From Gekko japonicus (lineage: Eukaryota): DNA of 64,000 bases. The notes beneath the pieces were generated by a model that saw only the letters and a program-made list of their open reading frames with translations, ran no database searches and was not told the DNA's origin. The stretch spans positions 1,927,560 through 1,991,559 of the forward strand of contig NW_015165833.1 of NCBI RefSeq assembly GCF_001447785.1. The letters run 5' to 3'. Shown one piece after another: positions 23,701 to 34,329 of this stretch; the stretch's first letter is position 1; every line of letters begins with the position of its first letter. The translations under genes were made by a program, and so were the position numbers.

Positions 23701-26700
23701 CAAGGGGGGATGGGAGGACATGCATGGCCTCCCCACCCCGCACGCGCACACAAACACACACAGCCTTCTGCCTCTCCCCTATGGCGCTGGCCGCGGCAAA
23801 CCCAAAAGGGCTGCTGGGCAGTGTTGCCAAGGAGGGAAAGAATGCATGCATGGCCTCCCCACCCCACACACAGCGTGCCCTGGGACGCGCAGGACAGGGT
23901 GGCTGGTCCTCCTGGGGCGCCACAGATTGCCGCGGGCCCGGGAAGCGTTGGGCCGGGTGGCTGGGCCTCCCGGGGCACTGTGGATCACCGCGGGCGCGGG
24001 AAGCGCAGGACGGGGTGCCTGGCCTCTCGGGGCGCCGCAGATCGCTGCGGGCCCAGAAAGTGCAGGACGGGGTAGCTGGCCCTCCCGGGGCACCGCGGAT
24101 CACTGTGGGCCTGGAAAGCGCAGGACAGGGTGGCTGGTCCTCCTGGGGCGCCACGGATTGCCGCGGGCCCAGGAAGCGCTGGGCCGGGTGGCTGGTCCTC
24201 CCGGGGTGCCGCGGATTGCCGCGGGCCCAGAAAGTGCAGGATGGGGTAGCTGGTCCTCCCAGGGCACCGCGGATCGCCTTTTTAACTGCCAGATTAACTG
24301 TATCAACAATTATAAACTGAAGCTTCTCCCAAGACAACTGCAACAGATTAGTTTCTGCGAGGCTGTCTAAACATCCATCATCTGGCATTTTTAATGGGAT
24401 AACAGAAGACTCAGTTCAACCCAGCAAAACCCCAAATTTCTGCAGATTATTTGTCAATAATCTCTTCAGAGCTGACCACATTTACCAGATAGTAGTTCTC
24501 ATGGAAATATTAGCAACCAAGAATCCTTCAACACGAGTCAAGTGCTTTGCAGCTCATCAATAAACTCTAGACATAATAGGCTCCTCCGTTCTCAGCAGTG
24601 AAGCATGACGTCATAAAAAGTTGCTACAAAGTCATAAAAAGTTGCTACAAAGTAAGGAATTCAACTCTAAATATCTCTCTTTGTTTCTTTCTTTTTTCAA
24701 AGAAAATTTTGTAATCTTTTTTGTAGAAGCTCAAACAACAGTCCCTCTTTACCCCAGGATATATTTAGCTTAGCTTTCTTTTCGTAATCGTCCCAGCTGC
24801 TCTGCGGAGGAAGGAGGGGGGGACATCCACCCCTCTTTCCTTGTCTTTTTAACACTTTAAAGGGTCTTAACCAAAGAATCGTCGGTTTCTTCAGTGTTGC
24901 TTTTACAGGTACTGACAGTGCATATCTTCATTGGTGTTATGGATGAGGCTCAAAATAACTCTCTTAATTTGGGGCGTTCACAGATGGTGCAGTTATGGCT
25001 GCCATAACTGCTCTGCTTCGTTCCTTGCTTCTGGGATTATCCAGGGCTTCCACCTGCTTGCTGCCATGAGCGGGGCCCCCGAATCAAGTCCCTTGCACCC
25101 CTGAAAACTCCCCTAAAAAGAACGAAGAGGCGGCTGTAGCCGGGAGCAGTTCCCGGTGCCAACCATGTAGCTGCGCCGCAGCCCTCTGTGTAATAATCCC
25201 ATTGCTGTTCCACACAGGAGAATGCCGCTCCCAACCCTCTGGCTAAAGAAGAGCTGAATTTTTTGGCCAGGCTGATGGGCGGCCTGGAGATAAAGAAGCC
25301 CCTGGGCACCGAGGCAGGCTTCCGGCTGAATCTCTTCACCACAGATGAAGAGGAAGAGTACGATCAGTCTCAATTTTGGTGTGGTGCAGGTGCAGGCAAG
25401 GGGTGGCTTTAGGGGAGAAAAGTGGGGAGTGGTGTTTGTGTGCCCCCTCTACTGGAAAAGCCACCACCTTCTCTTTTTTGTGGGGTTTGTGTGTGTGTGT
25501 ATATGCTTGTGTGCCTGGAAGTCATGGTGACTTCTGGCGACCACTAGTGGGGTTTGGACATTTCAGAGAGGTGGCTTGTTATTGCCTGCCTCTGCACCCC
25601 AAGCCCTGGTATTCCTTGGAAGTCTCCCAGTTACTTGCCAGGGTTGGCCCTGCTTGGCTTCCGAGATCTGACAAAAGCAGGCTTGCCTGGGCTATCCAGG
25701 TCAGGACGCCAGCACATTCTTTGACTAGCACCAGGGTCGCAGAGGATTCTTACCAGATATGGCAATATGCGCTAAGCATAGTAAAATTGCAGGGAGAGAA
25801 GTATGGTAAAAGCTACCAAGAGCAGCTTCTCAGACAAATCATCTTTGTAACATCCTGTTGGGCAGCAAATTAAATTCATCTAGGTATCTTTATTCTTTCC
25901 TGCAAGATACGCAGCACTGACACGCCCAGAGGAGCTTTCTTATCAAGTTGTCAGCATACAAGCAGACCAGGTATGCCATCATTGCTCTCTAGCATCTCAT
26001 TTCGGGGGGGGGGGGCTGGCTTTAGTTCAGTAACTGAATAAAGTTTGTGTGGGTTGCACTGATATAGACATTTAATACCACATGCATTCCAGAAAACAAC
26101 ACTTGGTGTAGGTAATGCTATGCAAGCTTTTCAGTTTCACAGAACATGCAGGTGAATCTGTGTTTAATGTGAACTGCCTGCACAAATGATTACATGAAGA
26201 TGCGGCTCAGATTGAATCCCTTTGTATATATAGGGGGGACCCCGCATTCTGTGAATGCAACAGAAGAGGCTAGCTGAATCAGAATAAAAGTCCAGCACAC
26301 CGTCTGCAATAGTAACCAGGCAGGTGCTTCCAGGAAGCACTGCATCCAAGAGACTGCCCTTCCGTGTGGTTTTCTCCTATGATAGCCGTGTGTGGAAGGT
26401 CTGTTTTGCTATGGTCATTAACCATAGGTCGACTTATTTCTCCATGGACTTCTTGGGTTTGCTTTATCAGAAATTTTAGCCAGTGTCTATCGCTACATCT
26501 TGTGGTAGGGAGTTCCCATGGCTTTGTGTTCCTGGAATTTAGTGGTCAAGAACTTGGACAGCTTCTTGCTGTCTTGCCACAGGTAAAAGTCCCAGTGACT
26601 CGAGTTTTGGTGCCAGTCTTTAAAACCTTATTTGGATGCCCCCAGTAAATGCAACTGGCCATACAACAGTTTTGTTTGAGGAAAAGTCTGCAAAACCTGG

Positions 26701-27014
26701 AGCTCCTCAGCCACATTGTGCAGTTTCTGAAGTTATTTGAGGTTACATTAATTTTTAAATGATGGTTTTCAAAAAACTAATGTAGAGAGTCCAAGCATCT
26801 GTTTCTTACATGGTTGGGATAGCACCGGATTGTTACATTTTCAATGTTTTTTTTTCTTTTAAGATGGTCTTTGTAATGATGTGACTTTTTTAAATAGGAC
26901 CAAGAGCGGAATGAGGAGCTGAGCCGCATCATGGAAGAGTTTGAGGTGGCAGAGCAGCCCAGGCAAAGCACCAGCAAGGGAGCCGACTTACTAGCCATGA
27001 TGGACGAGCTGTAA
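8506..27014 (+). CDS. OSCP1: Organic solute carrier partner 1 (OSCP1/NOR1), 379 aa (389 aa with cassette exon)
   Basis: Exons 8506-8617, [13856-13885], 17214-17368, 18286-18453, 19106-19186, 19324-19427, 20391-20519, 20604-20673, 25218-25357, 25907-25970, 26898-27014. All GT-AG with consistent phases; 1140 nt without the cassette. N-terminus MSTRTLPLLFLNLGGEMLYILDQRLRAQ and C-terminus DLLAMMDEL* recognised. Confidence 0.97.
8976..9181 (+). mobile_element. hAT-like MITE, copy 3
   Basis: Same TIRs; TSD ctccaaac/ctccgaac. Confidence 0.88.
9389..9693 (+). mobile_element. Solo LTR, 305 bp
   Basis: TGTAAAGTA...TACTTTTCA termini; 5-bp TSD TAAAT (9384-9388, 9694-9698); CCAAT, TATA (~9600), AATAAA 9647-9652. 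Confidence 0.85.
12150..12700 (+). mobile_element. L2-clade LINE 3' end
   Basis: RAFSVVAPTWWNELP...FRRACKTELF; tail GGCGGGATATAAAT followed by (AAAT)n. Confidence 0.85.
13109..13314 (+). mobile_element. hAT-like MITE, copy 4
   Basis: Same TIRs and internal sequence. Confidence 0.85.
13856..13885 (+). CDS. OSCP1: OSCP1 30-nt cassette exon (DEWTDVDRRR)
   Basis: pyrimidine tract + tgtag|ATGAATGG...AGAG|gtactg; symmetric phase 1-1; matches the 10-aa insert of the long OSCP1 isoform. Confidence 0.85.
16308..16511. mobile_element. Palindromic short Penelope-type retroelement with decayed minimal hammerhead motifs
   Basis: Inverted arms spanning 16312-16472; 12-bp TSD CTAGTAATTAAA (16296-16307, 16512-16523); minus-strand CTGACAA-stem-GAAAGCTT. 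Confidence 0.75.
17214..17368 (+). CDS. OSCP1: OSCP1 exon
   Basis: VMNDIIATMFNKKFMEELFKPQELYSKKALRTVYDRLAHASIMRLNQASMDK; AAG|gtaagg. Confidence 0.95.
18286..18453 (+). CDS. OSCP1: OSCP1 exon
   Basis: LYDLMTMAFKYQVLLCPRPKD...FRQLID; GAT|gtaagt. Confidence 0.95.
19106..19186 (+). CDS. OSCP1: OSCP1 exon
   Basis: TYGSLSDGEFQLIRQTLLIFFQDMHIR; AGG|gtaggt. Confidence 0.95.
19324..19427 (+). CDS. OSCP1: OSCP1 exon
   Basis: VSIFLKDKVQNSNGRFVLPTSGPVPWGTEVPGLI; AG|gtgact. Confidence 0.95.
20242..20281. repeat. (CTC)n microsatellite (SINE tail)
   Basis: Direct observation; explains the poly-L/poly-E/poly-R ORFs. Confidence 0.95.
20391..20519 (+). CDS. OSCP1: OSCP1 exon
   Basis: IFNSKGDEIKRTEFVHGGNY...DRVIKLGTN; AT|gtaagc. 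Confidence 0.95.
20604..20673 (+). CDS. OSCP1: OSCP1 exon
   Basis: YSISRPVETHMSGTAKNTASRIK; AAG|gtaggt. Confidence 0.92.
21009..21253 (-). mobile_element. TAGGGTTGCCA-TIR MITE family (other copies ~7160-7345, 8038-8201, 19654-19822, 28406-28622, 30200-30352, 60091-60222, 61938-62143)
   Basis: Recurrent ~200-bp unit bounded by TAGGG(T/A)TGCCA / TGGCAACCCTA; superfamily not assigned. Confidence 0.75.
21832..25183 (-). mobile_element. Non-autonomous composite L1-type retroposon, ~3.35 kb
   Basis: Perfect 17-bp TSD CTCTGTGTAATAATCCC (21815-21831, 25184-25200); A-rich 3' tail and CpG-rich 5' end on the minus strand. Confidence 0.8.
23882..24278. repeat. GC-rich minisatellite, ~58-bp unit, ~7 copies
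   Basis: Unit approx GGAAGCGCAGGACGGGGTGGCTGGTCCTCCCGGGGCGCCGCGGATTGCCGCGGGCCC. Confidence 0.9.
25218..25357 (+). CDS. OSCP1: OSCP1 exon
   Basis: ENAAPNPLAKEELNFLARLMGGLEIKKPLGTEAGFRLNLFTTDEEE; GA|gtacga. Confidence 0.94.
25907..25970 (+). CDS. OSCP1: OSCP1 exon
   Basis: YAALTRPEELSYQVVSIQADQ; CAG|gtatgc. Confidence 0.93.
26898..27014 (+). CDS. OSCP1: OSCP1 last coding exon
   Basis: DQERNEELSRIMEEFEVAEQPRQSTSKGADLLAMMDEL then TAA. Confidence 0.95.
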   Translation, partial: DQERNEELSRIMEEFEVAEQPRQSTSKGADLLAMMDEL

Positions 27015-27507
27015 GCCCTGGCTCTGGGGAGTGGCACTGTCTGGGCAGAATGGCACCCCCAGTTTCTCGCAGAGCTCAGCCATCAGCCTCCTGTGGAAGA
27101 GAATGGTCGCCAAGGCAGTACATTTGTGTTGGGTTACACAAGCTGGATGGCTCTGAGGCACATTTGACCCATCCTTTCTCTCTGGGGAAATGGAGGAGAG
27201 TCACTTAGCAGCCTCCTTCCTCTGTTGTCATGGCCTAGTTTGTACCATGGGGTTGGTTAGATGCTTGAGCAGTGGAAGTGGACATTCATCCTGCCTTTAA
27301 CTCATGTGTGTTCGTGACAGAGACCCTGATTCCACCCACCCCCCGTGTCTTTCTAATTAGAAATGCCAACTGTGCAGTGTTGCTGATTAGCTTGTGAGTG
27401 CCTCCTACCATGAGGAGAAAGAGCAATTCCTTCATTTTCAGTGTGGAGGCCAAACCTGGCAAGGAGGTTGGACTGATGTAACAGCCACATTCTCTTTCTG
27501 CTGCAGT

Positions 27508-27513
27508 AATAAA
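27508..27513 (+). terminator. OSCP1 polyadenylation signal
   Basis: First AATAAA ~490 nt after the stop codon. Confidence 0.65.
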
Positions 27514-27909
27514 GACCAAAAACAACCTTACTGATTGTACTGCTGTCCATCAAAACCTGCAGTCTACATCTAAAATGGTTATGCTCCTCCTGCAGTTGGG
27601 GAGGGTCCAACAGTGGGCTATGTGGCATTTTTAGCATGTCTGCCTTTTCTTGACACTTTACCTCAGTCTAGATGAGATCTCTGTATTCCCTTTACAGATG
27701 TGCCTCTTCAGAGATACCAGCAATGGACAGTTAACTCCAACACCACACCCTGATTCTGTATACGTAACACACTCCTCACTTTGCCAATAAGCATGCATTG
27801 CAAGGATGGAAAAAACCCCTATAATCTCTTACTTGATTTTCCATTTTTTCCCTGAAACGGCTCTTGATGCAGCCAGGACTTCAACCAATGACACTGTCCT
27901 CATCCATTT

Positions 27910-28118
27910 AACATGTGAAGCTGCCTTATACTGAGTCAGACCATTGGTCCATCAGTACCAATATCATCTACTCATATTGGCAGCAGTTCTCCCAGGTCTC
28001 AAGGACAGAGGTCTTTCACTTCACCTATTACCTGATCCTTTTTTAAATGGAGATGCTGGAGGTTGAACCTGGGATTTTCTGCATGTAAAGCAGTCCCTCT
28101 ACCAACGAGCGACAGCCC
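27910..28118 (-). mobile_element. tRNA-derived SINE with CR1-like tail (another copy ~19583-19940 +)
   Basis: Minus-strand GGGCTGTCGCTCGTTGGTAGAG head; tail GACTCAGTATAAGGCAGCTTCACATGT. Confidence 0.7.
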
Positions 28119-29285
28119 TTCTTCATCTCCATGGTAAGAAAAGTTGCATCTGATGATCTTTGGCTGTCAGGTGGCTGTCAAAGATACAGGAACCGTACTA
28201 GGAAAACTTTAAAGGTCATAACCACACGTTGAGCTAAACTCACAAACAGAGGTGAAATATATGCCACTACTTATACCAGATAGTAATACTGCTGATGCAC
28301 TTTCAAGTACTTGAAGCTTCAGAACGGTCTCAAAGGCAGTCCCATCCAGAACACATAGCAGAGGCTTATTTGGATGTAACTAGAACATGAATAATCATGG
28401 CTTCCTAGGGTTGCCAAATCACAGCTGGGAAATTCCTGGAGATTTGGGGGTAGAGCTTGGGAAAGACAGGATTTGCAGAATGGTGGGACCTTAGCAGAGT
28501 ATAATGCCATAGAGTCCACCCTCCAAAGCAGCCATGTTCTCCAAGGGGACTGATTGCTGGGGTCTGGAGATCAGGTGTAATTTTGAGAGATCTTCAGACC
28601 CCACCTGGAGATGGGCAACTGTACATGTTCATCTGTACATGTTAAGCATATACCAATCCCATATCATTGTTTGGTTGAAATGTTTATGTTGGCACATGGT
28701 TCCACATCTGTCTTTGGAAGATGCTTCTGGGAGGACTAAATAAACTCCAGATTCTAGTGGCAAAATGACCCTTACCACTTGCCTCAGAACCAGAGTAAAC
28801 CCGCCCCTCTAGGAGATCCCTGCTGAGGATGTCCCCACGAAAAAGGCCCAGTCAACAGCCACTTGAATTGCCATCAGAAACTATGTGTAGCATGGCCCCA
28901 GCTGAGTGATGCACCTGTAGACAGGCCTGCCTTCCCCATGTGATGTTTCAAAAGTGAATCCCAAAACCAAACGGTGCCAGCACAGCACAGGTTGCATCAC
29001 CTGAGCAGCACGCACCTGAAGGTTGCAAAGCCTCTTCCAGGCAGGACGGGAAAGGTCGGTCTTCCTCCCAAACCAGGGCAACCAGATGGTAACATTCATG
29101 CAATGGGCTTGTTGAGAAAGAATGGCATTTACGTTCTCTGCACACTGGACAAGGAGGAAGGAGAGGAAAGTGTCCCTATGGTGGCTCCTCCTGTGAATTG
29201 CCATCCTTGGCAGGGAGTTTATTTTACAGCCTTTATACAGCTGCTTAATTTTTATTTTTTGCAAAGGTCTGGGAGAGTCTTACAG

Positions 29286-29552
29286 AGCCCGTTTGGTGTA
29301 GTGGTTAAGTGTGCGGACTCTAATCTGGGAGAACCAGGTTTGATTCCCCACTCCTACACTTGCACCTGCTGGATGACCTCGGGCAAGCCATAGTTCTGAC
29401 AAGAGCTGTCCTTGAAAGGGCAGTTTGTGTCAGAGCTCTCTCAGCCCCACCTACCTCACAGGGTGTCTGTTGTGGGGAGGGGAAGGGAAAGGAGATTGTA
29501 AGCCGCTCCGAGACTCCAAGTGAAGGACAGGATACAAATCCAATCTCTTCTT
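29286..29552 (+). mobile_element. tRNA-derived SINE (other copies ~3385-3586 -, 3587-4405 + interrupted, 11585-11800 +, 20026-20240 +, 45190-45407 -)
   Basis: A/B-box head TGGTGTAGTGGTTAAG...GGTTTGATTCCC, MIR-like core and (CTT)n or (AAAT)n tail. Confidence 0.8.
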
Positions 29553-29609
29553 CTACCCAGGAAAGGGTACCCCTTGCAGGGAAGGTTCTTGTTTTACCGT
29601 TCTCATTCT

Positions 29610-30200
29610 CCAGGGGGCGCAGCATGAGCCGGAGCATCGGCCTAGATATCTAGTCTGAGAGGAAGCGGAGAGCGTATAGCAAGACGTTGTCATTCCTAAA
29701 CTCCGCCTATTGGTTCTCAAGGGCGTGAGGCTTTGACCCGGAAATTGTACTTCGCGGGGGCCCTCAAGCCGGAAGTTGGTGTTCGGTGTCCCAGGTTTCT
29801 CCCGAGGGCCCCTGAGAGGGGATTCTTGGAACGTTCCTCGGCTGAAAACGCGCAGGTCGGTAGGCGGGGAGGGCGGCGGCGCTGGTAGCATTCCGTGGAG
29901 CCTTTAGCTTCCGAGGCAGTCTATCACCTTTTGTGACTGCTGCGGCGCCGCTGCCCCGCTTGCCGGGAATGAGCCCCCTCTGGACGGGCTTTGGGTTTGA
30001 GCCTGCGGAGCCAGCCTGCGCTTAGGCTTCCCTGGCCGAGGCGCTGGTACCGCCTGCACGCTTGGCCCTGGCTCGTGCTTTGGGAACTGCCGAGACAAGC
30101 CGAGTTTTGCAGGCTGGGTCTGCTTGTGTTCGTGGGCGAAGCGGCTGCTGGTTGCTGTGGGGGAAGTACGGTTGCCACCTCTGGGCTGCGAACTTCCTGG
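29610..30200 (+). promoter_or_regulatory. LSM10 CpG-island promoter and non-coding first exon
   Basis: CpG-rich; ATTGG ~29709; ETS motifs CCGGAAAT ~29738 and CCGGAAGT 29769; candidate donor CAG|gtcggt at 29855/29856; acceptor cattag| at 30646. Confidence 0.8.
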
Positions 30201-30659
30201 ATAGTTGGGGGTGGACCCTGGGGAGGGGAAGGACCTCAGAAGGTTCTAATGCCATAGGGACCAGAGTAGCTGATTTCTATAGGGAAGCTGATCTCTGTAG
30301 TCAGGTGTAATTTTGGAGGATCTCCAGACCCCACCTGGAGGTTGTCAACCCCAATGGGGACTGATCGAGCAGACTTTCAGAACCCTGAATTATGCAGGCT
30401 GTGCTGGGGCACCACCCCCTATAAATCTATAGGGGGTGGTGGCTGGGGCCCTTGGCTGTCAAGGCTTCAGGCCACAGCAGGTATGGCAGCCATCCACTGG
30501 GTTTTCTTTTATAAGTCCTTGTGGCTTTGCTGTTCACCAAAGTCTATGCTTGGAGAACACAACTCTACAGCCATGGATAGTAATGCTCCTGGATGCGTGT
30601 CAAGGTGTTGAATTTGACAGGCGTATGTTTTTGCTCTAATCATTAGATGGTGCTTCACT

Positions 30660-31031
30660 ATGGAGATCAGCCACTCTGTTAAGGAGCGCACCATCTCTGA
30701 GAACAGTCTGGTGATCCTGCTGCAGGGCCTCCATGGACAGGTCACCACAGTGGAGCTGCGGAACGAGAGTGTGGCTGTAGGCCGCATCACTAATGTTGAT
30801 GCTTTCATGAACGTGTGCTTGGCTGAAGCAACATTCACAGACCAGCATGGCTGCTCCTCCTGGATGGACAACCTCTTTGTGACAGGAAGGAACGTTCGCT
30901 ACATCCACATCCCTGATGATGTGAATATCAGGACCACAATTGAGAAACAGCTGCAGCTCATCCACAGAGTACGCACCTTTGGTGGCCGAGACAAGGGGAG
31001 GAAGGAGTTTCTTAGGCCAAAGGACAAATGA
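30660..31031 (+). CDS. LSM10: U7 snRNA-associated Sm-like protein LSm10, 123 aa, single coding exon
   Basis: [52 protein letters not shown]...[15 protein letters not shown]: Sm1/Sm2 motifs; lies between OSCP1 and STK40. Confidence 0.98.
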   Translation: MEISHSVKERTISENSLVILLQGLHGQVTTVELRNESVAVGRITNVDAFMNVCLAEATFTDQHGCSSWMDNLFVTGRNVRYIHIPDDVNIRTTIEKQLQLIHRVRTFGGRDKGRKEFLRPKDK

Positions 31032-31285
31032 ATGGGACTGGCAGCATGCCCTTACCTTGCTGGTTATTCTTCACTGAAATCCACTCTCTTTTGTTAGGGC
31101 TTCACCATCTTTCCTTGGCTGGCTATACCTTCTTTGGTATTTCAGGGATTTCACTATTTATTTTTTTAAGGATAACAGTACTGAGTCTTTTTGTACATTA
31201 AAATTCTCTGAAGTTTCTAATGGATTATGCTTCTATAGCTCTAGTTCTATTTTGATAAATTCTGGTTTTGTTTTTTATTTTTACA

Positions 31286-31291
31286 AATAAA
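31286..31291 (+). terminator. LSM10 polyadenylation signal
   Basis: AATAAA with upstream U-rich tract and downstream GT-rich tract. Confidence 0.8.
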
Positions 31292-31916
31292 CGTTTGTAT
31301 CAATACTCATCCATCCGTGTGTGGTTTATGGTCTGCTGTCCTTTTGCACACTGTTTCTAACCAGCCTGACCAACAACAGTGTGTTAAACCAAAATTTGGT
31401 AGTTTAACCAGATTATTGCAGGCTAAACTGTCATAGCTCTCTGCTTGCACCTGATCATTAACTAGAAAACCTCAAACAAAACCCCAAAACATATGTTTTA
31501 CATCCCAGAGCATTTTCTGCATCTTCTTAATCACAAATATATCGAGCTAAATGTAAATAGCCTCCCTGATATTTAAAGCACTTAAAGAATATAACAAAAG
31601 GAAGGGGCAACTCTACCACATATATCAGGGACAAGAAATAAAGTATTATTTCATTTATATATTCAAAGGCAGGGAGGGTGGGATAAAAATTAAATAAATA
31701 AGTAAATTCTAATAAACACCTAAAAATGTTCTCCATTTTTAAAAAAGATTTTGTAGATACTGAATAATGCTTATATACCTGTACAAGAAGCAATCAATTC
31801 GTGAATATATGTAAATTTAAAAATGTGAATTTTTTTTCTCCCCCCCCCCCGGGCGGTAAACTTTTATTTATTTATTTATTTATTTATTTATCAGTTTTAT
31901 TTATCAATGTGAATGT

Positions 31917-32240
31917 TAAGAACATAAGAGAAGCCATGCTGGATCAGGGCAGTGGCCCACCCGGTGCAACACTATGTGTCACACAGTGGCCAAAACCCAG
32001 GTGCCATCAGGAGATTCACCAGTGGGGCCTGAACTCCAGAAGCCCTCCCACTGTTACCCCTCAAGTAACAAGAATACAGAGCATCACTGTCCCAGACATA
32101 GTGTTTCTTCTATACATTGTGGCTAATAGCCACTGATGGATCTTTGCTTCATATGTTTATTCAATCCCCTCTTGATTGTAACCACCACTGCTTCCTGCGG
32201 CTGTGAATTCCACGTGTTAATTACTCTTTAGGTGAATATT
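31917..32240 (-). mobile_element. CR1 LINE 3' end
   Basis: TAAGAACATAAGAGAAGCCATGCTGGATCAG, the reverse complement of a CR1 tail. Confidence 0.8.
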
Positions 32241-34329
32241 CCCTATAATTTGTGGGCTCTGCAAGTAAGCTTCATGCAGCTTAACAACAACTCTCTACTG
32301 GAGGGTAGTATGAATTATAGATGGCTTCAAAAGGACAATTTATAATGATGCCATCTCAAAGTTAGAAAGTCTTATAATCAAGCCATGGTAACAGAAAAAA
32401 CATGAGTAAATACTGTCATAGAAATAAAAATGGGCTAGAACGGGGGAAATCCAACTGTGTTTTTTTTAATCTCCCTTTTGGGGAGAGGGCACTTTTAACA
32501 CCGATTTACATGCAAAAGACAGAGACATGTAGAAGAGGGGAGCAAGCTTGAGAAGTTAGAAAAAAAGTTCTGTATTACATTGCAGTGAAAAAGGTGATAC
32601 ATGCAATAAACACTGCAATAGATGACAATTCTGTTCTTTAGAATTCTTTAAAAGGGTTGGGTCTGTTTTCAGCCATCCTCTGCTGTGGAAGGCTTGACTT
32701 GTTAATTTTGCTGGTGTCTTTGGTCCAAATTGTCTCTGATTGTGGCACGCTCCGCTTTGGAGTGTGTGGGGTTGACTTATCGGGAGCTGGTCCTACCTTT
32801 GTGTCAGGGGCTGAACTAGATTTACTATTTGCCCCTTTCCCTTCTACAATTGAAAGTGGAGAGGGGAAAACATAGCTGAAGATTTAACCTATGATAGTTG
32901 AGCTAACTTCCTTGGGTGGGAAGAAAGGGATGCAAGGGTAAGAAGGACAGTTGATAGTGGAAGATGATGCAGTCTGGGCATAAGAGCTGCAGCCTGCAAG
33001 TATGAAAGCAGGCTCTATGAAGGACTTAACTGCCAGTATAGAGAAGTGGCAATCTGATGCGCAGCACCCTCTTGCTAGTTGTCCTAGGTGCCTGCACATC
33101 ATAGCTATTGTTCTTTTGCCTAATAAGCAGAGGTAAAATGCCTGGAAGAAAAGCTGGTAACTAGAGAGCCATTCAAGTCCCCAGCCCAAGATAGGTAGGT
33201 AGGGCCTCATCCTCCACCCCAGGTCATGCATGTGACTCCACTAAAGCTTGGTAGTTTTCCTTGGCAGGGCAGGTACAAGTTTGCAAAATGATTCACTTTG
33301 TAATTGATCCAAAGGCCATGAGTAGGCAGGAGCACAGCAGCTGTACAGAGGATGTAACTATCTGGGACCACTTTTCTTTGCTGTGTCTATCTTTGGAGGG
33401 GTTTTGCCCATCTGCAAGGCCTCATTTGCCTTGCTGTTGCACTCTCATTTAAACCCACAGGACTGTTGCATCAACAGCTCCTTAGCAAAGAGTCTGTGCA
33501 CATCTCTTGGCTCTGCAGCATGAAGGAGAAGGTGAGGTCTGTGTGGAGGTGTGTACACAGTCATTCTGTGCCTCTCAACCCCACATTTGCTAGTCATAGT
33601 CTCAGGATCATGACAATATGTATTTTGTGGCTTTGTGATATGGTCACAGTACGCATGTGGGAAAATTTGGTGGTGGTGGTGGAATGTGCCGTCAAAGTCA
33701 CAGCCAACTTAAGGTGACCCCTCATGATGTTTCCAAGGCAGGAGACAAACAGGTGGTTTACCATTGCCAGCCTCACCATCCTGGACTTCCTTGGTGGTCT
33801 CCCATCCAAGTACAAATCAGGACCAACCATGATTAGCTTCCAAGATTAAACTATCCTGGGCCATCCAGGTCAAGGTGGAAAATTTGGTACCTGGTGCCAA
33901 ATCCTGCATGGTGAAGTACAGCCATTGGCTTGTGCCTTCCATAGATCAGCAGTCAAACCCTTTTACACCTATGGAGGTCAAATAGCCAGAGGTAGCTGTA
34001 GGGCTGCCTCCAAGGGTGGAAGCAGTGGCCAGTGCTCAGACTGGCAAAAGGCCCATCGCCCAACATTCTCCCTCTGGAATGGAGCACTCAAAATTGTCGG
34101 TGGAAAGTGGAGAACATTCTCTCATTTTTCACATTCCCTGTTGAAGACCAGACAGTTCACCACAGCCAGTCAAGCAGCCACAGGAAAACATAGTGGAGAG
34201 ATCCAGACTGGCCAGGGAGTCTTGGATAGAGACAATGGGAGCCAAGCCAATTTATGCCCTCCAAGGAGCTTTCTAAAATTGTAAGTAGGATGCCCGCGAG
34301 AAGATGGAGGGGAGCCAGGGTTAATTAAG

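Noticed and set aside
23882-24278. CRISPR-like array
   Set aside because: Contiguous tandem units without unique spacers, in vertebrate intronic DNA, with no cas genes.
23319-24388. Overlapping 160-250 aa ORFs on both strands
   Set aside because: Produced by a GA tract and a GC-rich 58-bp minisatellite lacking stop codons; repetitive translations, no domain.
25971-26897. Intronic snoRNA in late OSCP1 introns
   Set aside because: No convincing H/ACA or C/D architecture by eye; an Infernal scan would be needed to exclude it.
29600-31400. U7 snRNA or a histone stem-loop near LSM10
   Set aside because: No U7 Sm site (AATTTGTCTAG) with terminal hairpin and no histone stem-loop seen by eye.
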